Source: a virus (Duplodnaviria > Caudoviricetes). From it: a DNA stretch of 64,000 nt. Where the stretch lies: IMG/VR virus record IMGVR_UViG_3300037418_002142, positions 4,183-68,182 of that record. One strand, given 5' to 3'. The translations under genes were made by a program, and so were the position numbers. The notes under the pieces were generated by a model that made no database searches, was not told where the DNA came from, and saw nothing but the letters and a program-made list of their open reading frames with translations. Shown here in pieces: positions 46,385 through 54,856 of the stretch; within the stretch, counting starts at the first letter, position 1, and each line of letters opens with the position of its first letter.

Positions 46385-46929
46385 ATTCCAAGCGCTTTGC
46401 AGTGCGCCGCCATCTCATCCATAGTGGGCTCGCGCAAGGAGCGTGCTATCAGCGGCTCGACCATGCCGCGTATGCGATCGACGTGTATGTCGGCCGTGTT
46501 ACTGCGCGTTTCGCCTTGGCACACGAGTTGGAAATGGCACGTCAAGATCCACGATGCGATCTTGACACCCATCTCATGCTCGATCATTTCCATGGAACGC
46601 CGCACACTCGCCAGCGTTGCCTCCGACGAATCCGGCTCGGACTCTTCGAAACGACTTTGCGCGAACAGCGTCAGCAACGCCGGCACGCCGCTGGTTAGCA
46701 CGTTGGCCACCACGCGCATCAAGTTGTCGATGGCGAACCAATCGTTTGGCCCCTCCGGCTTGAGCCGATGTTCGCGGTGCCCACAACTGGGGTTTTCCGT
46801 TCGCAACAACGCGTTCAGCAGCGCGCGCGAATTGCGTAATGCCACCTCGTTCGTCTGCTTCATCACGCGCGTGATGCGCTCCGTTTGCTCAGGCGTGAGG
46901 CTGGCAATCTTTTCCTGCAACATGCTCAT
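46381..46929 (-). CDS. Hypothetical protein
   Basis: ATGA-coupled helical ORF. Confidence 0.55.
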   Translation of the reverse strand: MSMLQEKIASLTPEQTERITRVMKQTNEVALRNSRALLNALLRTENPSCGHREHRLKPEGPNDWFAIDNLMRVVANVLTSGVPALLTLFAQSRFEESEPDSSEATLASVRRSMEMIEHEMGVKIASWILTCHFQLVCQGETRSNTADIHVDRIRGMVEPLIARSLREPTMDEMAAHCKALGI

Positions 46930-47476
46930 CGTTCAGACCCTCCGACTGTGAAAGTTCGTTATACCAAGCGGGTGCCGCTGCGGGTGTCGACCAGTGCGCT
47001 AGCGCACGCTTTGTATGCACAAAGTAAAGCCGATACGCGGCTACGGCGTTGCTGCGCCGGTACGCTACCGGCATGCACTGCGGCGCGGGCAACATTACTG
47101 GGCCGCCCATGGGTAGGTTGAGCGGGAACAGCTCGTGCTGCGACGCCACAAGTTCGAACGGATGTGTGCGGTGCCAGCGCCGATAAAACTCTTGCGTCAG
47201 GCGATACAGCAACCGGTGTAGCCAGCGATAGTTGGCGTGCTGCCGCTGTGCCCAGCGTGCCCACGGGCTACCGGTAACGGCGCGCGCCGTGTATACGGGC
47301 GCGTAATAGGTGGGTAGCAGTAGCCCGATGCGGGCTTTGGCGGTGGCAACGCCGTCCAGCGCTACGTGGGCGGCGCTAAGCAGGCACGCGGCGTCGCGTG
47401 TGGCGGCGGCTACAAGGCGGTCCGGGTAACTGCGAGCGCATTCGCGCGGGTCCTCATCGAGCATCAGAATATTCAC
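46889..47476 (-). CDS. Pyrimidine-dimer DNA glycosylase (DenV)-like protein, divergent
   Basis: MNI..LD.DP..CA....D...., LLSAAH, PW..W......NY.WL......L..E...R....H, PQCMP..Y......AYR.Y....K...A.W. Confidence 0.7.
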   Translation of the reverse strand: MNILMLDEDPRECARSYPDRLVAAATRDAACLLSAAHVALDGVATAKARIGLLLPTYYAPVYTARAVTGSPWARWAQRQHANYRWLHRLLYRLTQEFYRRWHRTHPFELVASQHELFPLNLPMGGPVMLPAPQCMPVAYRRSNAVAAYRLYFVHTKRALAHWSTPAAAPAWYNELSQSEGLNDEHVAGKDCQPHA

Positions 47477-47916
47477 GGTATGAACCTCCACCGGTGCGCC
47501 GGTAGTGCGAACCAGCCGCGCATCGCACGGCGCCATTGCGGCATCGGCCGCTTGAGCTTCAGTTTCATAGTTTTCGCTTCACCCATTGACGAGTTAATTC
47601 TGCCATTGCACGATCTAGCATTTCAGGATCTAGCAGCGTGTCGAAAGCACTTTTCATCTGCGCAGGCATCGTATCGCGCGGGTTTATCTGCAACCCGCCC
47701 CGCCGCACCGCTACCGTTGGGAACCCCCATGCGGTCTTTCCGTAACTAACTTCGAACCTAAGCGGCATACCGTACTCCAGTGTTCTATGTCGCGCTTCTT
47801 CCAAGTGCGCGCTGCCGGATGCGGCAACTTCAACACTCGCGCCGCCGCACTCACCATGTCGCGCTGGAACGTAGGGTAGCCCCACTGTACCGCCAGCACT
47901 ACGACGATCTTAGCCC

Positions 47917-48843
47917 TCATGCCACGTGCTCCTGGTGCGCTATCGCAGCGTGCGCTTCCACTTCCTTCCAGGCGCGCTCATACTCAGCCAGCATCTGCTC
48001 CTTGCTCAAGCAATTGCGCGTGTGCAGCACCAACTCTCCACCAGCGCGGCGCTCCTCCAGCGTGGCGGGGAGCTGTTCGTGGCCACCGGGGTAGTAGCCA
48101 TAGTGTTCCAACGTCCTGCCATCCAACAGCGTGTGAAACGACCAGAAGCCGCACGCTCGCCAAAAGCCGGCTGTTACCATGCTGCACAAGCGATCCAGCA
48201 CCAACGGGTCCTGCGTGCGTTTTATGCACCATGCGCTCGTACTCTTGTTGTTGCTACCGATCGGCGCATTGCGCCATACGCTCATTGCACTGCCGCACAC
48301 CCACACCTCAATCACCTTACCGGCACGGGCCAAGCGGTCGCACAGCGCAACGGCCAGCGCAGCACGCCACAAGGCGGCTTCCTGCGTCATGTGCCACGGG
48401 GTGCCAAGATCCAGTGCCATCGTCACGCGCTTCGTGCTCACCGTATGTACGTCTTCACGCACGGGGCGCTCCCACGCCCGACCGATATCGCCGTTCCACA
48501 CTCTGGTCATATCCAGTGTGTCGCCGTGATCATCCCGGTGACGCTTGCGGCGACGCAGCGCAGCGCGACTTGGAAAGTTAGGAATCTCGAGTTCCAGATC
48601 GGCAGTTAGTCTTTCCAGCTTCCCGCGCATCTCCGGCCAGCCGTACTCCACCTTGTTGAATACTTCGGGCACGCCGCCAGCGCACCCGTACCAATCTATA
48701 TTACCGCGCCAGCCGCCAGCGCTCATGCGCTCCCCAGCCTTGCGCGCTTCCGCTATGTCGGCGACAAACTGCTCGAAGGTTTCCCATTCCATACTGAGCT
48801 GCCCGTGCGCCACCGTGGCGCGCATGTTGCGTGTAGTTTTCAT
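47917..48843 (-). CDS. VWA/CobT-like partner of the AAA ATPase
   Basis: Coupled downstream of a MoxR AAA gene; G..LD..R...G; WRAALA..L.D.L...G..IEVW. Confidence 0.6.
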   Translation of the reverse strand: MKTTRNMRATVAHGQLSMEWETFEQFVADIAEARKAGERMSAGGWRGNIDWYGCAGGVPEVFNKVEYGWPEMRGKLERLTADLELEIPNFPSRAALRRRKRHRDDHGDTLDMTRVWNGDIGRAWERPVREDVHTVSTKRVTMALDLGTPWHMTQEAALWRAALAVALCDRLARAGKVIEVWVCGSAMSVWRNAPIGSNNKSTSAWCIKRTQDPLVLDRLCSMVTAGFWRACGFWSFHTLLDGRTLEHYGYYPGGHEQLPATLEERRAGGELVLHTRNCLSKEQMLAEYERAWKEVEAHAAIAHQEHVA

Positions 48844-50585
48844 GCTACTAACCTGCGCTCTGCATCGGTCCAACCGGTGAAGTACGATCGCTCCCATTCA
48901 GGCTGCGCCCAGTTGTAGCGCTCCGTCATGATGCCCAGGTCCTTGATCACGCGGGTCGACATGATGCGGCGCAGCTTGTTCTCGCGAATCTTGTCGCGAA
49001 TACCCCACGCCCACTCGCACAGTTCGCCGGTACCCAGTTCCTCTTCGACCTCCTTGCAATAATCCATGGTGATCATGCCGACCTTGAACCGGTCCAGCGT
49101 CGCGGCGTCCAGTTGGTTGCGACCAACGTACATTGCGTCAGCGCCGTTGCCGTAAGTGTTAGCCGCGGCGATCAGCACAAAATCCTTGTGCTTCTTTACC
49201 ACCGGGTTATCGTAACGTTGGTCCACTGTGTACGACGAGTTAGCGATTGCCTTGTTGATATAGGTGAACAGATTAGGGTCGCCAGCGTCGACCTCGTCTA
49301 GCAGCATGCCGCCGCCTTTTTCGTACCGAATCATGAATGGCGACGGCACATGAACGAATGCGCCGTTCTTGCCGATGGGCAGCAGCCGGCCGTTGAACAC
49401 GCTCTCGGACATGCCCTCACTGCAAGACTGGTCGCTGTAGTCCAAGCCCAGCGCTTCGGCTACCTTTTCGGCGAGGAATGTCTTGCCGCAACCGGCGGGG
49501 CCGACCAGCAGAATAGGAATGCGCGCACTGGCCAACTCTACCATCCGCTGAAACTCCGGTGGTAGCACGCCCTTGATCTTCCTAACCTTGGCGCCATCCT
49601 TGATCACGATGGGAGCGCGCTTATCAGCCGCTTCCGCGATCGCCCGCTTGGCGAAGTCCACCATCTTCGGCATGTGCTTCTCGACACCCTTGTCGAGCGC
49701 CTCAATCGCCTTGGTCACGGCTTCATCGCCGGCTTTGTCCAGGTCGCCGCTGTATTGGTTGAGTATGTTGCTCAGCAACTCGACGTAGCGCTTTTCCTGG
49801 TCGGTCTCGGCCGGCTTGCTGCCGTCCTTCTGCAGGCAAATCAACTCATACCAGCGTTGGGCCGCGCCAAGGTCGCGCAGTGCCGCTTCCTTTAGCAGGT
49901 TGGCGCGGTCAGCCGGTGCGGCGGCCTTAATGGCACCAAAGCAGCCCAGCGCATCCGCCAGCATGTACTGATGATACTTGTGGATCTGACTAAAGTCAGC
50001 GTCCTGCACCTTAGGTGGCAGGAAGCGGTTGCGTGGGATTGCCGCGCCAGAGCGGCGCGTTCTCGTAAAGCCCATGTTAGTCTCCTCCTCAGAGAGTGAA
50101 TGGGTTGCAGTTAAAATGTCTCGAGCAGTTTCTTCATTGGTTTTGGTGGGAAAGGTTTGTGCTTCCTCTTCTAAATCGTCGAGTATGATCGCGTCTAACT
50201 TCTTGCCGTCTAGCTTAGCCGGTAGGGAACTGTCGAATGTTTGCATGTACATACGCGCCATCACTTCGGCTGACGGCATGTACTTCTTCGCTAGCTCCCA
50301 TAAATCCATTATCTGTGGCGGATCCTTGTAGTCAGTATCTTCGACCGTGAAGTCCAAAATTACTGTTTCCATGCCCTGACTGGCAATGCTCACGCTGGCA
50401 ATGCTCACGTCCTTTACAGTCAGGCCGCCAAGGTAGCCCTTGCACGCAGTGGCCAACTCAGACTTTATGGCCTCCAACTTCAGCATGGCGGTCAGATGCG
50501 GCGATTGCGAAATGTGCCTTATATTCTGCGCGACATGCGCGTTTTCCGCTATCGGCAGCGCGATCTGTACGTTGCGCGTCGTCAT
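48840..50585 (-). CDS. MoxR/CobS-like AAA+ ATPase; probable main start at 50075
   Basis: LLVGPAGCGKT Walker A, LLDEVDA Walker B, AANTYG.G...YVGRNQLDAATLDRF, STR. Confidence 0.9.
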   Translation of the reverse strand: MTTRNVQIALPIAENAHVAQNIRHISQSPHLTAMLKLEAIKSELATACKGYLGGLTVKDVSIASVSIASQGMETVILDFTVEDTDYKDPPQIMDLWELAKKYMPSAEVMARMYMQTFDSSLPAKLDGKKLDAIILDDLEEEAQTFPTKTNEETARDILTATHSLSEEETNMGFTRTRRSGAAIPRNRFLPPKVQDADFSQIHKYHQYMLADALGCFGAIKAAAPADRANLLKEAALRDLGAAQRWYELICLQKDGSKPAETDQEKRYVELLSNILNQYSGDLDKAGDEAVTKAIEALDKGVEKHMPKMVDFAKRAIAEAADKRAPIVIKDGAKVRKIKGVLPPEFQRMVELASARIPILLVGPAGCGKTFLAEKVAEALGLDYSDQSCSEGMSESVFNGRLLPIGKNGAFVHVPSPFMIRYEKGGGMLLDEVDAGDPNLFTYINKAIANSSYTVDQRYDNPVVKKHKDFVLIAAANTYGNGADAMYVGRNQLDAATLDRFKVGMITMDYCKEVEEELGTGELCEWAWGIRDKIRENKLRRIMSTRVIKDLGIMTERYNWAQPEWERSYFTGWTDAERRLVA

Positions 50586-50941
50586 TCCTGCAAGAGCTTC
50601 GACAGCTCGCCGTCGAAGAACGCGTTCAGCACCTGATCGAGTTCTCCGCTGTTGGTGTGCATGACCAGCAGGTTCTTAACGCTTTCCTCACCGTCCACCA
50701 TCGTTTCCAGGCAGTCGTCCTGCGGGTCGGCGTTGTCCGTATTGATTTCTTCATGCGGGATGTACGTGTCCAGCGACAGCCCGCTCAGGTCGCCCACTTG
50801 GTCGTCTGCCAGGCAGCAGCGCACCCGCCACTCGTCTGGAATGTCGATGGCGTCGAGCGCCTGATCGCAGCACGGCATGTTATTTGCGGCGGCGAGCGCT
50901 TGCACGGCGCTCTTGAGTTGCGGTAAATCTCGTAGCTTCAC
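50582..50941 (-). CDS. Hypothetical acidic protein
   Basis: AGGAG RBS with GTG start. Confidence 0.55.
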   Translation of the reverse strand: MKLRDLPQLKSAVQALAAANNMPCCDQALDAIDIPDEWRVRCCLADDQVGDLSGLSLDTYIPHEEINTDNADPQDDCLETMVDGEESVKNLLVMHTNSGELDQVLNAFFDGELSKLLQE

Positions 50942-51250
50942 GAACGGGTCTCCTGTTCTTTGGGATAAGGGCCAATGACCAGCAGCACAGCAAGTGCCGC
51001 GAACACCGCTGCTAGCAGTAGCAGCGCTTTTAGTATGCGCAGCATGTCTCGGTGCCCCGCGGCGAATCGTAGTCGAGCAGCGCAATACCGCCGTCGGCGT
51101 AGCATACGATAGGAATGCCCCAGAACGCACGGGTCATGTTGCGTTGCTTGCGCGAACGGCTGTTCCGTCGGTCGCCAGTGTGACAGCGCATGATTTCGGC
51201 GTCTGCCTTGTCGTGCAACCGGGTGTTTTCTGATATCTTGGCAGGCATCA

Positions 51251-51466
51251 CTAGCCCTCCCCTGATTCTAGCTTGCTCGCCAACTCATACACCTGCTCAG
51301 CAACGGCGCGTTCCGCCGCGGTGAGCGTCTTGTTGTCCAGCACGTCGAGCGCGGCCAGCGTCAGAGCGGCAAACGCCTTGCCAGCGCGACGGCGCGCGGT
51401 GCGCTTTTGCATGCGGGAGATAGGTCCGCTTTTATTGAATGGCGATGGCGCGTTGTGTCTAAGCAT
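51251..51466 (-). CDS. Hypothetical protein
   Basis: Compact ORF in the early operon. Confidence 0.45.
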   Translation of the reverse strand: MLRHNAPSPFNKSGPISRMQKRTARRRAGKAFAALTLAALDVLDNKTLTAAERAVAEQVYELASKLESGEG

Positions 51467-51467
51467 G

Positions 51468-51884
51468 TTAGCGCTCCTCCAGCTTGCGAGCTAGTATGCC
51501 GAGTACGTGGTACGCGTCGCTTATCTGCCCAAGCGTCGTGTCTTCCAGTTCGTGCTTGTGCTTCTCGAGCAGTATGCGCACGGCGTACACCATGCTGCGG
51601 TCGGACCGCGACGACGTGTGCGCGGCGGCATTTTTAGCTTGGCCGCACGACAGACACTTGCCGTAGTTGCCCATATCGGGCAAGAATTCGTGCTGCGCGG
51701 CGTGCTGATTGCATTTCGCCATCGCCAGCGCGGTCTGGTACGCGTCCTGCCGGTCACTGGTGTAGTTGGCGGTTCCTTCATCGCCGCCCTTCAAGTTGAC
51801 GCGGTATTCGCCGTCGTACTTTCTGATCGTGAGGCCGAGCTTGCGGACTTCGTCGAATAGCTGCTTGTCAGTCGTAACTTGCAT
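51468..51884 (-). CDS. Hypothetical early protein
   Basis: Strong GAGGAG RBS; RK.DGEYRVN...G.E...YT.D..DA..TA motif. Confidence 0.65.
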   Translation of the reverse strand: MQVTTDKQLFDEVRKLGLTIRKYDGEYRVNLKGGDEGTANYTSDRQDAYQTALAMAKCNQHAAQHEFLPDMGNYGKCLSCGQAKNAAAHTSSRSDRSMVYAVRILLEKHKHELEDTTLGQISDAYHVLGILARKLEER

Positions 51885-51911
51885 GTTAGTCTCCTCAGAG
51901 AGTGAATGCCG

Positions 51912-51945
51912 AAAAATAAAAAGGCCGGGCCACGGGCGCCCGGCC
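51912..51945 (-). terminator. Rho-independent terminator
   Basis: GGCCGGGC/GCCCGGCC 8-bp stem followed by TTTTTATTTTT on the - strand. Confidence 0.8.
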
Positions 51946-51986
51946 GAAGTAACGCCACTCCTCGGAATGGCGGCGTGCGCTAGGGG

Positions 51987-52232
51987 TCAGCGCAACTCGA
52001 TATAATGCTTACCCGCCCAAGCCGGAATCCACTTGCGAACCCGTGCCGGGTTCAGCCCCTCGGCCTCGGCCTTCTCGATGAGCGCGGACTGCTTGATGCT
52101 GCCCCGCTTGGGCAACAGCGCGTACAGCTTGTCCTTGGCGCCGTGGCGCTTGCTAGCCCGCTTCTTGTCGCCGAGCACGATGGTGGGGTTGGTCTTGGTG
52201 GTCTTGGTGGTCTTGGTGGTCTTGGTAGCCAT
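51987..52232 (-). CDS. Small basic protein, paralog of the 35799 C-terminal domain
   Basis: TKT x4 arm; GAKDKLYALL...KWIPAWAGK. Confidence 0.7.
   Translation of the reverse strand: MATKTTKTTKTTKTNPTIVLGDKKRASKRHGAKDKLYALLPKRGSIKQSALIEKAEAEGLNPARVRKWIPAWAGKHYIELR
52191..52226. repeat. 9-bp tandem repeat x4 (GGTCTTGGT)
   Basis: Encodes TKT repeats on the - strand. Confidence 0.9.
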
Positions 52233-52294
52233 GTTAGTTCTCCAGTGAGAAGTGAATGTGCGAAGGAACCCGAATGTGCGAACGTTTTTGTTGT

Positions 52295-52615
52295 TTAGTG
52301 GAACACGCGCATCCAGCCGCGCGCTCCGCCCTCGTCTATCACGCGCCCGTACAGAGTGATCTTGGGCACGACCGTCATGAACGCGCCGAGTATGTAATGG
52401 TCTGTAGGGGTGCGGTGCGCAGTGTACTCGCGACGCGTGCGATCGAATTGCACGTAGTATCGATGCGCGTCAGCATGCTTGCGCCAGTCTGCGAGCGTTT
52501 TGAACGTCGCCTGCGTTTGCTTTTGCATTGCCGTGCGAATGGCACGCGCGCTGTCGCCGGGCTTGCGTGGCGACCTGCTGCGAATGGCGGCCACTGTGGT
52601 TTTGCGTATTTGCAT
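52295..52615 (-). CDS. Hypothetical basic early protein
   Basis: GGAG RBS; MQIRKTT start. Confidence 0.55.
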   Translation of the reverse strand: MQIRKTTVAAIRSRSPRKPGDSARAIRTAMQKQTQATFKTLADWRKHADAHRYYVQFDRTRREYTAHRTPTDHYILGAFMTVVPKITLYGRVIDEGGARGWMRVFH

Positions 52616-52654
52616 GTTGGTTCTCCAAATTGAAGAAGTGAATGCTGGAACGGA

Positions 52655-52747
52655 TGTTCCGCAGTGCGGTCGGCGCGTCCGGGAGTCGAACCCGGCTTGA
52701 CGCGTCATCTGCGAGCCTACTCGCTACGCCGACCGCACTGCGGAACA
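52655..52747 (-). ncRNA. tRNA-like structured element
   Basis: 21-bp perfect closing stem; UA then GCGAG/CUCGC hairpin; canonical T-arm CCGGG-UUCGACU-CCCGG; no true anticodon arm or CCA. Confidence 0.65.
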
Positions 52748-52877
52748 CCCGAGTTTCTGCTGATTCTCGGATGCCCCGCTTGCACTAAGCTCCGTGTGCC
52801 ACTGCTGTCCGTACCGGTGCCCGCTTGGGTGTCCCCGCCGCGCTGCACCGTTGTAGCTACTACACCCCGCTACCCGC

Positions 52878-52893
52878 CACCTTATATAAGGTG
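52878..52893. promoter_or_regulatory. 16-bp perfect palindrome CACCTTATATAAGGTG
   Basis: Intergenic; its half-site CACCTTAT recurs at 53249-53256. Confidence 0.5.
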
Positions 52894-53254
52894 TAGCGCT
52901 CGCGGTTGCGCCGGTTTATGGCCGGCCCGGTGGTTTGCATTGTTTGGGCATGTAGGTGCCCGCTACCGGCTGCTTTTGCCGGTACCCGCCACTAGCAGCG
53001 GTATAGGCTGCTAGGGCTCCACGCGCTTTGCCCCGGTGCGGGCTGCGGCCGCTTTGTCGTGCGGTCCCCGGTAGTGATCGAGCGTTTGGGGTTTTGGCAG
53101 CGGGGGCCGCGTACCAGCGTACACGCACCCTTAATTCCCGTCCTTGCAGCCGCACTGGCCCTTTGCGCCACGGTGGGGTTAGCCGTGCTACCTGGGCTCC
53201 GTTTTGCCCGACCCCTCTGGCCGCCGGCCGGCGGCACGTGTCCATGCACACCTT

Positions 53255-53282
53255 ATTCTATATGCACTGCTTTGCGGTGCAA
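53255..53282 (-). promoter_or_regulatory. Sigma70-like early promoter
   Basis: TTGCAC-N16-TAGAAT with an upstream A-tract, facing the early genes. Confidence 0.55.
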
Positions 53283-53376
53283 GCGTTTTTTACGCTTTGG
53301 CGCACCTATTTAGTGTGCAAAAACAATAGCTTAGGCACGGGCCGGGCCATGGGCACCCGGCCGGGTGCCAAATTGG

Positions 53377-53676
53377 TCAATTTCTGCGCAACTGTGCCCG
53401 GTACGGGCCACGGCGGCGCCGCTGTTGCCAGTCGGCGTAGTAGCGGGTCCATTTGCTTTCCAGCGCGCCAGCGGCATGCACGGGTATGCCGTCCGGTGCT
53501 ACCACGTACACGCGCGCCGGGTCGCAGTCCTGGTCGATCTCGGCTTGCAATTCCTCGGCCTTCGTTACCGTGGCCATCATGTCGCCCACGCCGAAGTCGG
53601 CGGTGGTGGTGAACGTACCGCCTCGGTTGGCGCGCACGATACGGACGTTGAAAACAGGTTGACGTTCGACGTTCAT
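53377..53676 (-). CDS. Hypothetical protein
   Basis: ATGA-coupled small ORF. Confidence 0.55.
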   Translation of the reverse strand: MNVERQPVFNVRIVRANRGGTFTTTADFGVGDMMATVTKAEELQAEIDQDCDPARVYVVAPDGIPVHAAGALESKWTRYYADWQQRRRRGPYRAQLRRN

Positions 53677-53894
53677 TTGGTTCGCAGCCTCACGATTCTA
53701 TTGTGATACCGATTGTCGAGCTGCGGCTTGTGGGCTCCGCACACTACGATCACTGGGCGGTCGAGGTTGACGTCCGTTTCGCCAGCGCCCCACGCGTACA
53801 CACCGTGTGTCGCGGCGTTAACGCACCGGCCGTGCTCGCGGCCGTGCAAGCGCTTCTGACACTGCGCATTGATGGGCTTAGTCTGTTTGCTCAT
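53673..53894 (-). CDS. Hypothetical Cys/His protein
   Basis: CQK....C.N......VCGAH. Confidence 0.55.
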   Translation of the reverse strand: MSKQTKPINAQCQKRLHGREHGRCVNAATHGVYAWGAGETDVNLDRPVIVVCGAHKPQLDNRYHNRIVRLRTK

Positions 53895-54145
53895 ACTGCT
53901 TGCACCTTTTCGAGTTCTCGCTGCTCGATGTTATTCAACAGTTTTATCAATGGCTCGCTTTTAATGCGCGTGCCATCCTTGGTGTACCAGTTGCCGTCGT
54001 CCGCATGCCAGAACGTGTTTTTGAACGGACCGGCAGCAGCGTAGTTGTCAGACTCCCAGATCAGGTTCATCTCAGTGTGCGCGGCGCCGTTTACACCTTT
54101 GAGCGTGCGCAGCCCCGCGCTTATTTCCCGCATCATGGCACGCAT
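53891..54145 (-). CDS. Hypothetical protein
   Basis: Coupled ORF. Confidence 0.5.
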   Translation of the reverse strand: MRAMMREISAGLRTLKGVNGAAHTEMNLIWESDNYAAAGPFKNTFWHADDGNWYTKDGTRIKSEPLIKLLNNIEQRELEKVQAV

Positions 54146-54612
54146 CCTTGCTCGTAGTTGGGGCCGTCCGTGTCTGCGCGATTGATCGTGTCTTCAGCCT
54201 TACCCAGCGCTTGACACTCACTTGGATGTGACGCTCCGCTAATGGCTCGGATTAACCTGTCGCTCGCTTCCTTGTTGTAGGGCGCAAACCCGCCACTCGT
54301 GCCCGGTGCAGATGCAGAACCTGCAAGCTCCTTCGCCGCCGTCAACCGCTCCTCCACCAGCTTGGCGTAGCCGGCAATGTCGTGCCAGTTGTCGATGTAC
54401 GACGGGTCGCCGGTTACGATATGCGACAGCTTGGTAGCTATCAGGTCGAGAGCTTCGATCGCGTAATCCTCGATCTTCTTCTCTGTTGCGGCCTGCCGCT
54501 TGTTCCAGGCGATGCGCAGCGTTTCTTTCAGTGTGACGGATACTTCGGCATTATCACTAAAGTCACCATACACGCTGTTACGCTGTTTCAGTGTTTCTGC
54601 TAGCTCAGTCAT
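54133..54612 (-). CDS. DUF6378-like protein
   Basis: L..R...YGDF, EALD.IA.KL..I..GDP...D.W.DIAGYAKL. Confidence 0.8.
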   Translation of the reverse strand: MTELAETLKQRNSVYGDFSDNAEVSVTLKETLRIAWNKRQAATEKKIEDYAIEALDLIATKLSHIVTGDPSYIDNWHDIAGYAKLVEERLTAAKELAGSASAPGTSGGFAPYNKEASDRLIRAISGASHPSECQALGKAEDTINRADTDGPNYEQGCVP

Positions 54613-54856
54613 CTTCTGCAACCTCCGCCGTCAGCGCCACGCGCTGCCCAATCTTGAACATATGCCCCGCCTCGCGCGGCACGTTGATGTCGACCTCGAA
54701 CTGCGGGGACTCCGGGCAGCTCATGACGAACCTTAGACGAGATACCTCGGCGCTAATGCGCGAAATGCCACTAACAAACCCCGTGATAGTTACGAACTGT
54801 GCGCAGTCTTCGTCGACTAGCCTGCCTTCGTCAACGATATCACCCAGGTCTGTCAT
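54605..54856 (-). CDS. Hypothetical OB-like small protein
   Basis: Coupled ORF. Confidence 0.5.
   Translation of the reverse strand: MTDLGDIVDEGRLVDEDCAQFVTITGFVSGISRISAEVSRLRFVMSCPESPQFEVDINVPREAGHMFKIGQRVALTAEVAEDD

Noticed and set aside
47917-50585. Cobalamin biosynthesis auxiliary genes (cobS/cobT)
   Set aside because: Generic MoxR AAA/VWA pair; no other cobalamin genes are present.
52655-52747. Functional tRNA gene
   Set aside because: No 5-bp anticodon stem with a 7-nt loop, a 3-nt bulge between the T and acceptor stems, and no CCA. Kept as a tRNA-like ncRNA instead.
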